A stretch of DNA of 64,000 nt from an uncultured Marinomonas sp. (GTDB lineage Bacteria; Pseudomonadota; Gammaproteobacteria; Pseudomonadales; Marinomonadaceae), in the NCBI GenBank assembly GCA_947493575.1, contig CANLRQ010000007.1, forward strand, positions 40,208-104,207. Direction: 5' to 3'. Shown here one piece after another: positions 48,238 to 58,383 of this stretch. Numbering within the stretch: the first letter of the stretch is position 1; each line of letters opens with the position of its first letter. The notes under the pieces were generated by a model. The model had not been told where the DNA came from. It did not search any database and saw only the letters and a program-made list of their open reading frames with translations. A program made the translations under genes and the position numbers.

Positions 48238-51200
48238 TCAGACCGCTCTATTCTTCTTAAAATTCTCAGCCTGCGTAAAAATTTCTTTGTATACTTCATC
48301 ACGGCTTACTGGTGGGTAGCCAAACCTAGCGAGTAGCATGATCAAATCAACTTTTAACTCGGCTTTAATATCGTCACGGTTATTCCAGTCGGTATATTTG
48401 GCTTTATCATCGACCACTTCTTTCACCGCTTGTGATAGCTCAATCAGTTTATCGTCTGGGTAGGTAAAGTCATACTTAACAGCTAACGATTTAAGAATGT
48501 CGTAAAAAGCTTTTTCCTCAAAGCTAATACCTAAGTCATCGTTAGAGTCCATCTCAGTTTTAAGATCGGTAAACATATTGATAATCTCGTCAGAGAAGTC
48601 TTCTAATACTTCGCTCACCAATACATCTTCTTCTTTTCGCTCATTGTACTTTTCAACTAAAGCCTTAAAGCGTTTAGTGAAATCGACTCCCTGAGCAAGA
48701 TTAACCTTCTTCATTTCATCAATGGCTTTAGCGAGCATTTTTTGCAGTAACATTATCTTGGTATTGGGCAGCTTTATCTTGTCAATTTTGGCCAAATAAT
48801 CTTCATCAAAAATATCAATTTCGCCATCATCATTACCAAGTTTGAATATTTCTTCTACTCCATCACTGTTAAGTGCTTCTGCAATCATTTCTCGCACTTT
48901 TACGTTCATTTGTGTCGTATCGGGTGCATCACCTTTAGTTAGTTTGTAGATAATAGATCGCACAGCAAGGTAAAAATGAATAAAATCACGCTCGTTTTGC
49001 GATAGCTTTTCACTACCACAACATACGTCATAAGCCGCTTTTAAACGCTTAACTAACGCCATAAAGCGCTTCTCAAGTTTGCCGACAGAAAGCACAAATT
49101 CAGCCGCATTATTTAAGCAATTTAACTGCGCCACTGGCTCACCCGTGAAATAAGGTGACGAGTCAAATTTATGGAAAATTCGATTAAGTAGGTCTAAGTG
49201 ATCTTTAACGGCAATAACCGACTGGTTGATATCCTCAAAATTAGTTTCTTCTGACTTCGAAAATTGCGCCAACGCTTTATTCATCGCCGTTTTAATACCG
49301 ATGTAATCAACCACTAAACCTTTATGCTTGCCTGCAAATTTGCGGTTAACACGAGAGATGGTTTGAATAAGATTATGTTTTTGCAGTGGTTTATCAATAT
49401 AAATGGTATCAAGAAAGGGGACATCAAAACCGGTCAGCCACATATCAACGACAATGGCGATCTTAAAATTAGACTTATCATTTTTAAACTGTCGGTCTAA
49501 CTCTTTACGGTACTCTTTTGTACCCAGTAAATTGTATAAGGCCTCAGGATCATCTTTGCCACGTGTCATTACCATTTTGACACGCTCCATTGGTTTGGCT
49601 AACTTTTCTGCGCTGATGTCTCCCTTACGCTCTTGTTCTGTATACTGAGTAGCGTCTTCAGCTTCTTTAATTTCGAACCATTCAGGGCGTAACTCTTCAA
49701 GTTCCTGATAAAATAGGTAAGCAATCTCACGTGAACTACTGACAAACATGGCTTTACCTTTTATGGTCGAACCTTCATTGACGCGTGCTTCGTAGTGTTC
49801 AACAAAATCTTTAGCAAGAGTACGGATACGATCAGGATCGCCCAAAATCGAGTTCATACTCGAAGTCGCTTTTTTGCTTTCTTCTATTTGATGTTCATTC
49901 GTACCCGCTTCTTCACACTGCTTATAATAGGCTTCTATCTCTTCTAACTTGGCATTATTGAGTAATACTTTTGCCGCACGCCCTTCATAAACAATACGAA
50001 CTGTTATTTCATCTTTAACCGACTCTGACATGGTATAAGCATCAATAACCTTACCAAATACGTCTAACGTGGCATCAATAGGCGTACCAGTAAAACCAAC
50101 GAAAGTCGCGTTAGGTAATGAGTCATGCAAGTACTTAGCAAAGCCATATGTGCGCCTCACTCCAGCATTAGGGCCTGTTTCACTGATTGAAATTTTTTGG
50201 TCTAAATTTACTTGGCTCCGATGCGCTTCATCTGAAATACAAATAACATTAGTACGCCTAGTCAACAGCTCAATGTCTTCGGTAAACTTATGAATAGTGG
50301 TTAAAAATACCCCTCCACTTTGCCTACCTTTAAGCAACTCTCTTAATTTGTCACGACTTTCAACATTCAAAATATGATCATCACCAATATAGCTTTTAGC
50401 GTTAGAAAACTGCTTGGATAACTGATCATCTAAATCCGTTCTATCGGTAATTAATACGATGGTCGGGCTTTCAAACTCAACACTTTTCATTAATAAGCGG
50501 GACAAAAACTGCATGGTAAAGCTTTTACCGCAACCCGTTGCACCAAAGTAAGTGCCGCCTTTACCACTACCGCCAGCAACACTTCCATCAAGCGAAATTA
50601 ACTTTCGCTCTTTTTTAATATTTTCATAGAGCTTTCTAGAAGCATAATACTGCGGATAACGACACACTATTTTTACTTCGTCTTTAGATTTATCAGGAAA
50701 GTAAATAAAGTTGCGAATCACATCACATAAACGCGCTTTATCAAACAGCCCTTGCAACATAGTATGTAGGCCATTAATTCCGTCTTGCTCAATTGATTCA
50801 TCGCCTGTCACTTTGCGCCATGCATAGTAAAAATCATAGGGTGCAAAAACATTACCCATTTTGTTATTTACCCCATCACTGATAATACACAGGGCATTGA
50901 AAACAAAAAGTTGCGGAATATCGCGGCGATAGCGAATAGTTAATTGTTCATAGGCATGATGTAATGAAGCTTGCTCTTCCCGAATCGCGCTCTTAAATTC
51001 AAACACCACTACAGGTAAACCGTTGATGTACAAAATACCATCGGGAATACGTTTTGAATTATCAGCAGATGGGCTATCAATCTCTAACTGATTAACGATT
51101 TTAAAAATATTATGTGGTGCATTGCCTTTCTTTAGATCAGTAAATTGATACACAGCAGCAGGCTCAGCCGCCATAGTTAAAGGCTGTTCGGCTGGCAAAG

Positions 51201-51573
51201 TGAGCCCTTTATCTTCCGCTACTTCGTCATAATCAATCAGCTGAATGTATAAATCCTTTTTCGACGCTTCACCCGGCTTACTGCCAGATTCTCGTTTTAA
51301 TAAAAAACCATCACTTAACCATTTACAGAAGGTTTTATTACTTTCATATAAGTCACCTACAGGCAAGGTTTCGAGCTGTAGGATAATGCTGTCAATTTCA
51401 CCTGTGGTGATTTCATCAGCAGCATAGCGATTAGCTAAATAGGTTCGCAAGTCATCTTTAATGAGCACTTGTTCTGGCGAACGAATTAGCTCGACTCCTG
51501 AGGTGTAGGGAAAGCCTTGCTCACCAAGTAACTCGATAATGGCTGCTTCTAATTGTGCTTCTGTAAATTTCAT
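48238..51573 (-). CDS. hsdR: Type I restriction enzyme R subunit
   Basis: PDGILYINGLPVVVFEFK nuclease motif, GATGCGKS, DEAH, FTGTP, VDMWLTGFDVP, QTISRVNR; start ATG 51573. Confidence 0.96.
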   Translation of the reverse strand: MKFTEAQLEAAIIELLGEQGFPYTSGVELIRSPEQVLIKDDLRTYLANRYAADEITTGEIDSIILQLETLPVGDLYESNKTFCKWLSDGFLLKRESGSKPGEASKKDLYIQLIDYDEVAEDKGLTLPAEQPLTMAAEPAAVYQFTDLKKGNAPHNIFKIVNQLEIDSPSADNSKRIPDGILYINGLPVVVFEFKSAIREEQASLHHAYEQLTIRYRRDIPQLFVFNALCIISDGVNNKMGNVFAPYDFYYAWRKVTGDESIEQDGINGLHTMLQGLFDKARLCDVIRNFIYFPDKSKDEVKIVCRYPQYYASRKLYENIKKERKLISLDGSVAGGSGKGGTYFGATGCGKSFTMQFLSRLLMKSVEFESPTIVLITDRTDLDDQLSKQFSNAKSYIGDDHILNVESRDKLRELLKGRQSGGVFLTTIHKFTEDIELLTRRTNVICISDEAHRSQVNLDQKISISETGPNAGVRRTYGFAKYLHDSLPNATFVGFTGTPIDATLDVFGKVIDAYTMSESVKDEITVRIVYEGRAAKVLLNNAKLEEIEAYYKQCEEAGTNEHQIEESKKATSSMNSILGDPDRIRTLAKDFVEHYEARVNEGSTIKGKAMFVSSSREIAYLFYQELEELRPEWFEIKEAEDATQYTEQERKGDISAEKLAKPMERVKMVMTRGKDDPEALYNLLGTKEYRKELDRQFKNDKSNFKIAIVVDMWLTGFDVPFLDTIYIDKPLQKHNLIQTISRVNRKFAGKHKGLVVDYIGIKTAMNKALAQFSKSEETNFEDINQSVIAVKDHLDLLNRIFHKFDSSPYFTGEPVAQLNCLNNAAEFVLSVGKLEKRFMALVKRLKAAYDVCCGSEKLSQNERDFIHFYLAVRSIIYKLTKGDAPDTTQMNVKVREMIAEALNSDGVEEIFKLGNDDGEIDIFDEDYLAKIDKIKLPNTKIMLLQKMLAKAIDEMKKVNLAQGVDFTKRFKALVEKYNERKEEDVLVSEVLEDFSDEIINMFTDLKTEMDSNDDLGISFEEKAFYDILKSLAVKYDFTYPDDKLIELSQAVKEVVDDKAKYTDWNNRDDIKAELKVDLIMLLARFGYPPVSRDEVYKEIFTQAENFKKNRAV

Positions 51574-51824
51574 TATTTTATAACCTTCCAATGGCCTGTT
51601 TTAGCAGAGCCTACACATTCAATATAATTATGATCTTGAAGCACTTTAAGATGCCGTTCAATGGTGCGCAATGACTTATTTAAATGCATAACCAACGCCT
51701 GTATTGTTATATTGAGCGTTTGTTGTAATCGCAATAACAACTGCTGTTGTAACTTAGAGAGTTTTACCCCTTCATTTTGGTTAGCAGCACTTGTGACGAC
51801 TGCATCAAGGATCACCTGTAACAT
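51573..51824 (-). pseudogene. C-terminal relic of a Fic-type protein with a winged-HTH tail
   Basis: IEFMLQVILDAV (frame open upstream of the Met), then an HTH ending GSAKTGHWKV; no Fic catalytic motif left. Confidence 0.55.
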
Positions 51825-51845
51825 AAACTCAATGCGTGGAACGAA

Positions 51846-53279
51846 TTAAAAGCACACTGAAAAATGTGTTTTTAGTAGCTTCATCATATTACGCTTTGCC
51901 TTATGTTGTTTGATGATTTGGCTGATCATAAGCTGTAGTTCGTCACAATGATTACCTTGCAGATTTTTTTCTAGCGTGAGCAATAAATCGGTTGCCTGTT
52001 GATAGGCTTGGTTGTTGCCATGATCAACCGTGGATAACACGACTCGACAATAAAGGTCGATGGCTTCTTGTGGCTGTTCCGCCACAATTAAATCGGCTAA
52101 TGTAAGCAGCTTACTCGACTCGGCTTTATGTGATTTTACCCATAAACGGGCTTTATCCAATTGCTGATGATATAGGTAAAAACTTAGTAACGAATCCGTA
52201 TCTCTAAATCGCTTCCCATAACCATTTTCAATTTGATTATCTTGAAAGATTTGCTCAACTTTAGTTTGATACTGTTCATCAATCACCCCCGTTTTTTGCT
52301 CCAGAGCAATTAATGATTTATAACCTGCAAAGTTCGGGCTTTGAGTAAATAGTTGCCACGCCAACTGCCACGCTTGGGTATATTCTTTTAAGGCAAGGCG
52401 CAACTCCACTTCAAATTTTTGGCAGCTAATTTTTGCTCGGCCGTTTTCGGCTGCGCCATAGGCTTTTTTTAACCAGTGTTCAGCTTCTAATGGGTCGTTA
52501 TTAACACATAATTTCGCAATTTCAAGGAAGTTTCTTTCATCGTAAGCGGACATTGCCATCAAACGGCATTGCTCTTGCCAATCATTATTTTGTTGCGCCT
52601 CTTTAATCAGAGGTTTAATTAAACGCTCGAAGGCGTACCTTGTCTTCCACTCACTTAAATCCATGCCTTGTTGCTGGCGTTTTTGAACTTCAATTTGGCA
52701 CAAAGCAACAAAATTATTATGCACTTGTTGTGTTAAGTTAAAGTCTTCTGGTACAGACGGAAAAACATCGTATTTGTATTCTTTATAATGCTCAAATATC
52801 CACTGGGCTTTTTCATCATCTGACCAAGCTTGCTGGTTAAATAAGTGACTTAACCGTTGATTTAATTCACCCTCTATATATAAACGATCACCGCCAGAGT
52901 CATCTACTTGCTCCAACACGGTATTTAGCCGAACAAGTGCATACAAGTTAAGTTGCCACTGTTTATCAATGGGTAACCTATCTATCGCAGTAAAAATATC
53001 AACAAACATATTATCACTGTGATTAAAGTAAGCACTGGCCTCGGCATAGCCCCAAACCTGCTTTTTCGGCAAGGCTTTGGTGATCATTTTTTTTATCTCA
53101 CCAAAACTTAACCCACCTTGATCGTTTAACATGGCAAGCTGCCAACGGCTTTGCTCCTCGGCAGACTCGCCAATATAATTAAGGATAATCTCACTCAGCT
53201 CATCAACCGATTTTTGTGTAAACCAGCTTTGTAGCTGTTTCATGATAGGGTGTTCTTCGTCGTCATAGGTTTTCATCAT
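51846..53279 (-). CDS. Hypothetical alpha-helical/TPR-like protein resembling SWIM-associated proteins, no SWIM motif visible
   Basis: 477-aa open frame, helical repeats, C-terminal HKAKRNMMKLL. Confidence 0.6.
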   Translation of the reverse strand: MMKTYDDEEHPIMKQLQSWFTQKSVDELSEIILNYIGESAEEQSRWQLAMLNDQGGLSFGEIKKMITKALPKKQVWGYAEASAYFNHSDNMFVDIFTAIDRLPIDKQWQLNLYALVRLNTVLEQVDDSGGDRLYIEGELNQRLSHLFNQQAWSDDEKAQWIFEHYKEYKYDVFPSVPEDFNLTQQVHNNFVALCQIEVQKRQQQGMDLSEWKTRYAFERLIKPLIKEAQQNNDWQEQCRLMAMSAYDERNFLEIAKLCVNNDPLEAEHWLKKAYGAAENGRAKISCQKFEVELRLALKEYTQAWQLAWQLFTQSPNFAGYKSLIALEQKTGVIDEQYQTKVEQIFQDNQIENGYGKRFRDTDSLLSFYLYHQQLDKARLWVKSHKAESSKLLTLADLIVAEQPQEAIDLYCRVVLSTVDHGNNQAYQQATDLLLTLEKNLQGNHCDELQLMISQIIKQHKAKRNMMKLLKTHFSVCF

Positions 53280-53281
53280 AG

Positions 53282-53416
53282 TTATGCTTCTGTCGCGGCT
53301 GTGATTTTAGTGTTGTTGTCAACGGGCAGGGTTAATTCACCTGTGATATAGGAATAGCCTTGCTCAGCCAGCAATTCGATAATGGCTACTTCTAATTGTG
53401 CTTCGGTAAACTTCAT
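53282..53416 (-). pseudogene. hsdR 5' stub (44-codon mini-ORF)
   Basis: MKFTEAQLEVAIIELLAEQGYSYITG matches the hsdR N-terminus at 20/26 aa, then diverges. Confidence 0.85.
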
Positions 53417-53417
53417 G

Positions 53418-54128
53418 CTACTTATTCCTTGCCAGCATATTCATAATTAGGCGAATAATGGTTTCTTTTTGTTCTGGGGCTGACTCAGCCACCAGCAACG
53501 TTAACGCAGCTAAACCCGTATCATTAATAATGGGTTAATGATTATCTCGGTATAAATGCCCATTACGGTAAAGAAAGTCGACAAATAAAAACGCCCCACT
53601 ACGTTTATTACCATCAGCAAAAGGATGATTTTTCACCACGAGCGTGTAGCGACTGACAATTTCAGCTAAGCCTTGGCTTTCATTTTTAGCGATTTCAGGA
53701 TTATTCAAGGCTTTATTAATCAGTGTTAAGGCTTGCTCTAACTCGTTACTATTTTGCTCAAAGCGTTGTTGGTTAATCGCATAACCTTTTATTAAGTAGT
53801 CTTTTAAGCGCGCGGTGGCCCATTGTCTAAAGCGCACCCCTTGTTTCGATTTAACCCGATAACCAACTGAAATAATAACATCTAAATTGTAATGATCGAC
53901 TTGGTAAACTTTACCGTCTTCAGTAGTTGTTGCATATTTTGCAACAACTGAATCAGCTATCAATTCATCTTCTTTAAATATATTACGAATATGGCGAGAA
54001 ATAACAGACTTGTCTCGGCCAAATAATAACACCATCTGTGCCTGCGATAGCCAAACGGTATCTCCTTGCAAAGCAAGAGCAAGTTCTAATACGCCATCTT
54101 CATTTTTATAAATTTCAATTTGTTTCAT
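53418..54128 (-). pseudogene. RhuM-like plus Fic/Doc domain gene with a premature stop and an apparent internal deletion
   Basis: RhuM-like YNLDVIISVGYRVKS.QG..FRQWA; Fic HPFADGNKR; in-frame TAA at 53535-53537, then PIINDTGLAALTLLVAES...* in the same frame. Confidence 0.8.
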
Positions 54129-54130
54129 AG

Positions 54131-54193
54131 CTAACCTTGCTCACCAAATAACCCTATAATAGCTGCTTCTAATTGTGCTCCTGTGAATTTCAT
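54131..54193 (-). pseudogene. hsdR 5' stub (20-codon mini-ORF)
   Basis: MKFTGAQLEAAIIGLFGEQG*, 17/20 aa identical to the hsdR N-terminus. Confidence 0.85.
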
Positions 54194-54216
54194 ATCATTC
54201 TTTTGCCATACTGCAT

Positions 54217-54729
54217 TTAATTAACAAGTAACCCATAATTTCTTGCCATTCCTTCGTTAATAACGGCTATATCAGATCTAGAAATCCCCCATAATTTTGC
54301 CTGCCTAATAAACAACGAACGTAATTTTTCCGATAAAAGCGGTAAAACATGATTAGGTGCATCAGGTATAACTAACACGAGTTTAAAGCGAATAGTAGAC
54401 CAATCAAGCTGCAATAAAGGTTGGCTAAGCTCTTCGTTGACCTGAGCTAATTTCCCTAATTTTCCCATTGAGGTCGAAACCACTGAATTTTCCAATTTTT
54501 CAAATATTTCTAGAAAATAACCGTCAAACTTTTCTTTTGATTGTTGTGGATTAGGAACACTACTTTTGGCTTCTACAAACCAAAGCAACTGTTTTGCATT
54601 GTCGTGCCAGACAAATTCGCAACTTTTAATACCTTTACTCTTTAAAACAAATTCTGATTTTTCTATTTCAAACACATCACCATCTTGGAATTCTCCAAAG
54701 TTTAGGCCTGACTCTTCTATTTGAATCAC
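54217..54729 (-). CDS. Hypothetical protein, putative PD-(D/E)xK nuclease fold
   Basis: KSCEF...WFVEAKSS pattern (acidic residue followed by ExK); 2 bp from the ATPase gene. Confidence 0.55.
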   Translation of the reverse strand: MIQIEESGLNFGEFQDGDVFEIEKSEFVLKSKGIKSCEFVWHDNAKQLLWFVEAKSSVPNPQQSKEKFDGYFLEIFEKLENSVVSTSMGKLGKLAQVNEELSQPLLQLDWSTIRFKLVLVIPDAPNHVLPLLSEKLRSLFIRQAKLWGISRSDIAVINEGMARNYGLLVN

Positions 54730-54731
54730 GG

Positions 54732-55745
54732 TTAAACTCCCTGAAATTCTTGCTCAAACAAACGCACTGACTCATTAATAATCTCATTATCAGGTAAACC
54801 CTCATTACGTAATGATGAAACGCTCCATACACCCTCATTATCGGGACTGAAACAATTTACGTCTGTTGATTGCTTGGCAATAATTGCTAATTTTTTGATT
54901 ACATAATAAGAATGTGTAGCGATAAAAAATTGAATACCTTTGTCAGCTAGCGCTTGAACAATATCAAGGAGCTGAACTATAGCTGTTGGATGAAGTGCTG
55001 ATTCCGGTTCATCGATAAAAACAACAGAATCAGGAGTTAAAAAACGATTGCCGAGTAAAATATCAAGAATGGCAATTTTCTTAATACCTTCGGCAGTATT
55101 ATGTATTGAAAATTTTGCCTTGCCTTTACGGTATAGCCACTTTGCATTTGTTTGGTCATATTCTATACGCCCCTGAAACATATCTTCCAAGCTCTTTCTT
55201 GAATCTGAAAATGCTCTATAGTTCCGACCACTTTGTGTTGGGTTTTGTAATGCTACTACTAAATCAGCATACGTTGCATCATAGCCAAATACGCGATCTT
55301 GTACTGCACTTTTTAGAATAACTTGGCTTAATGACAAAACTTCTTTTGGAGGTAAAAATATCGAATTAGCCAACCTAGGGGATAAGTTATTATGTAAAGG
55401 GGTTACTTTCTTATGTGTACTGTGTCCGAATTCAAAAGCCAAGCTTGTGTTGTCACATGTTGTAAATGATGTTTTTAATTTATTATCTTTACCATTACGA
55501 ACTAAATCACTTAATTTTTCAGTTTGAAATGTCCAATAGAGTTTATCACTCAATACTTCTGAGAAATCTCGGTTATCGTCACCACGACCAAACTCTTCTT
55601 GTGAACGTATAATGCTGTATAACAGTTTCAACAAAAACGTCTTACCACTACTGTTCTGCCCTATAATGAGGTTGATGGGACTTAAGCTATTTACAATCAC
55701 CTCTTTAATTGGACCGCAATTTTGAATACTAAACTCTTTAATCAC
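54732..55745 (-). CDS. ABC/SMC-like ATPase (AAA_15/AAA_21 type)
   Basis: Walker A GQNSSGKT, signature-like AEGIKK, Walker B/D-loop FIDEPESALHP, H-loop ATHS. Confidence 0.88.
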   Translation of the reverse strand: MIKEFSIQNCGPIKEVIVNSLSPINLIIGQNSSGKTFLLKLLYSIIRSQEEFGRGDDNRDFSEVLSDKLYWTFQTEKLSDLVRNGKDNKLKTSFTTCDNTSLAFEFGHSTHKKVTPLHNNLSPRLANSIFLPPKEVLSLSQVILKSAVQDRVFGYDATYADLVVALQNPTQSGRNYRAFSDSRKSLEDMFQGRIEYDQTNAKWLYRKGKAKFSIHNTAEGIKKIAILDILLGNRFLTPDSVVFIDEPESALHPTAIVQLLDIVQALADKGIQFFIATHSYYVIKKLAIIAKQSTDVNCFSPDNEGVWSVSSLRNEGLPDNEIINESVRLFEQEFQGV

Positions 55746-55804
55746 TTAGTTTCCCCCCTGCAAAGTATGTGCTAATGGTAATTGATTTAATAAGTAGAAA
55801 AAAC

Positions 55805-57220
55805 TCATTGTGCAGCGTCCTTGTTTATCGTCAACTCGCCTGAGATGAGTTTTGGTAGTAATGTATCCCTGAGTTTTTCCAATGATTTTATACTATTGTT
55901 GTTACTCAATAGTTTGGCTGAAAAAGTATTTAACGTTTTATTGAATTCTAATAAAACAGTTTCATCAGGTAAAAGGAACTGAATACTCCTAAGAGCTTTT
56001 AGAGAAATATATTTTTGGGTCGTTCCAGCAAGCAATGAATCAATATGGTTTTGCATACTTTGACTTTTTAAAAGCTGATAAAAATAATGCTTTAGCGTTT
56101 CCTTTTCTGAGGTTCTTAGAAGCCCAATATTCTTAATAGCGAAATCTACATTCTGTTGTATAACTAGATATGGAACACCTACAGTACCAATCATGGTGAT
56201 TAATATATCACCGCTTTCAACCCTACTCCTAGCATTAACCTTTTTGTAGTCTTCTTCACTAATTAAGTAAGCATCTTCAATTTTCAAACTACCATCAGTG
56301 ATATGCTTTGAGGTTATTAATGGGTAGCCTAAATCACTTTTTTTAGGCGAGTCATGTGTGCCATCTCTTACATCAATTTCTTTACCACTAATTGCTAACT
56401 TCCAACCAATAGGTATCCAGCCGTTGATGCCGATTGATGGTTCATCGGTTTGTTCAAATTCGCTTGGGAAGAGTTGACGAATGTCTTTGGGCAGTGGTTT
56501 GGTTCCATGCTCTCCATTAGCAATTTGTTGTTGCACTTGTTGGCGTTGCTGTTGTCTAAAAAGTGCTTTTTTCTGCAAGGCTTCTGGGAAGTCGTTAACC
56601 GCCATACCGCTAGCAAGTGCGTTGTCAAAAACAGGATCAAAATCAACAAACCAGCTTTTAAATAACGCTTGCGCCATTTGCTCTAGGGTTTGGTTGGTTT
56701 GGGTGTTGTGTTTAATTTTTTGGTCTAAAACATAAAGTGTATTTCCAATAGATTTTTGATGCTTAAAGGAGGGAAAATTAAATTTTAGAGAAAGAATATC
56801 ACCAACTTTTATACTAGGTTGAGCAGCCCCTCGATTTAAATTAGTTAAGCTAACTCTATTGCCTCTCAAAAGGTAATAGAGAAATAAATTATCAAATCCC
56901 TCTTTAGTTCTTAGACCTATTGTATTTTGTATAATTATACATTGCTCTTCAGGGCTAATCGCTACCTTTCCATAACCGTTACCTACTAACGTAAGTAATA
57001 CATCTTTAGGTTGGTTATATTTACGAATAAATGTTTCGTAAAGATCTGGGCTTATATATCTTTTAACTTCACTTAATTTTGGTTCGCCTTCGCTTATTAT
57101 TAAATAGTTATCAATTACAGGTATTCCTGTATCAGAGTAACTACTAGGATTTCTTCCCCTATTATCGATCACCAAATCTACAATTTCTGAAAGAGTAAAT
57201 TCTTGCCATTTATTCACCAT
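55805..57220 (-). CDS. hsdS: Type I RM specificity subunit
   Basis: Two TRDs, conserved KIKHNTQTNQTLEQMAQALFKSWFVDFDPV and LRDTLLPKLISGEL. Confidence 0.95.
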   Translation of the reverse strand: MVNKWQEFTLSEIVDLVIDNRGRNPSSYSDTGIPVIDNYLIISEGEPKLSEVKRYISPDLYETFIRKYNQPKDVLLTLVGNGYGKVAISPEEQCIIIQNTIGLRTKEGFDNLFLYYLLRGNRVSLTNLNRGAAQPSIKVGDILSLKFNFPSFKHQKSIGNTLYVLDQKIKHNTQTNQTLEQMAQALFKSWFVDFDPVFDNALASGMAVNDFPEALQKKALFRQQQRQQVQQQIANGEHGTKPLPKDIRQLFPSEFEQTDEPSIGINGWIPIGWKLAISGKEIDVRDGTHDSPKKSDLGYPLITSKHITDGSLKIEDAYLISEEDYKKVNARSRVESGDILITMIGTVGVPYLVIQQNVDFAIKNIGLLRTSEKETLKHYFYQLLKSQSMQNHIDSLLAGTTQKYISLKALRSIQFLLPDETVLLEFNKTLNTFSAKLLSNNNSIKSLEKLRDTLLPKLISGELTINKDAAQ

Positions 57221-57281
57221 AACCTAACTCCTCCAAGTTTTGGCAAATCGCTTTATCTAACTTCTCGGCCTGCTCCATTTG
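57210..57281 (-). pseudogene. hsdM 3' stub overlapping the hsdS start
   Basis: QMEQAEKLDKAICQNLEELGYGE* versus the true hsdM end QMEQAEELDKAIRQNLEVLGYGN* (19/23 aa). Confidence 0.88.
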
Positions 57282-57321
57282 CCACTGCTGTTGATTTGAG
57301 CAAGGGGTTTTGTTGCATGTG

Positions 57322-58383
57322 CTATTCATATTCACCGTCCTGTGCTTGTTGCTGTTGTTCGAGCTGCTGTTGTACACGCTCTCGCTCTTTTTCTAGCTCA
57401 ATACGCAGTTCTTCTTCGCTGGGTAAATAGGGTAAGTATTTGGCGGCAAACAGCTGCTTTTGCTCGCTCAGTACAGAGTATTTTACGACCGCTTCACTTT
57501 TTTCACTGCACAGTACTAAACCTATGGTTGGGTTATCGTTTGGTTCTTTCATTTGCTCGTTGTATAGTCGAATATAGGTATCCATTTGCCCTACATCTTG
57601 ATGCTTTAATTTGCCAACTTTTAAATCGACCAGTAAAAAACATTTAAGCTTGAAGTTGTAAAAAACCAAATCAATGTAAAAGTCTTCATCGTCAAAACGT
57701 ATTCGCTGTTGACGCTCAACAAACGCAAAGCCTTTACCTAGCTCTAATAAAAATTGCTGTAAATTATTGATAATACCTTGTTCAAGGTCGGACTCTTGAT
57801 AGCTTTTGTCCTGTAAATTTAAAAAGTCGAGTATGTAAGGATCGCGCAAGTAATCTTTGTTGGTCTCTGCTAATGCTTGCGTTTTTTCTGTGGCTTCTTG
57901 TTCTACGGGCAGCTTCTCTTTACTTGCTAATAAGCGTTCGTAATAGAGGTTGCCTTTCTGCCGTTCGAGTGCTCTGACACTCCAGTTTTGTTGTAGCGCC
58001 TCTTGTTGATACCAATGCCGGGCGTTTTTATTTTCTATGCGGGCTAACACATTGTAATGTGACCAACTTAATTCGAGAGACACTGTCTCCTGTTTTTCAA
58101 ACGCCTGATAAAAACGGCGCATATTACGCAAGTTAGAAATATCAAAACCTTTACCAAAGTCTGCTGTTAGCTGTTTTGAAAGTTGCTGTAACTGTGCCTT
58201 GCCATATTCGGCTCTACTTTTACCTTGCTGCTCGTCTTCTACAATTAAGCGGCCAATATGCCAATAGGCTTGCACCATGGCACTATTAACGGTTTGTTTA
58301 ACTTGGCTGCGCGCGTTAGCAATAATCTGTGTTATTTCTGCTATTAATTGCTTTTGATTATTCGCCGATACTTTACTTGCCAT
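57322..58383 (-). CDS. YhcG/DUF1016-family PD-(D/E)xK nuclease-domain protein
   Basis: AYWHIGRLIVE, LSWSHY, RDPYILDFL, FLLELGKGFAFV.RQ, IDLVFY...VDLKVG; start MASKV at 58383. Confidence 0.92.
   Translation of the reverse strand: MASKVSANNQKQLIAEITQIIANARSQVKQTVNSAMVQAYWHIGRLIVEDEQQGKSRAEYGKAQLQQLSKQLTADFGKGFDISNLRNMRRFYQAFEKQETVSLELSWSHYNVLARIENKNARHWYQQEALQQNWSVRALERQKGNLYYERLLASKEKLPVEQEATEKTQALAETNKDYLRDPYILDFLNLQDKSYQESDLEQGIINNLQQFLLELGKGFAFVERQQRIRFDDEDFYIDLVFYNFKLKCFLLVDLKVGKLKHQDVGQMDTYIRLYNEQMKEPNDNPTIGLVLCSEKSEAVVKYSVLSEQKQLFAAKYLPYLPSEEELRIELEKERERVQQQLEQQQQAQDGEYE

Noticed and set aside
48037-48336. ORFs 48037-48336 and 48060-48302 across the RM boundary repeat
   Set aside because: They span a terminator-containing repeat and the hsdR end. 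The second repeat copy does not preserve them, so they are likely non-coding.
56481-57430. Cys-rich antisense ORFs and Gln-rich tracts in HsdS and YhcG
   Set aside because: The Cys runs are the reverse complement of CAA/CAG codons. The Gln-rich linker and tail are low-complexity parts of real proteins.
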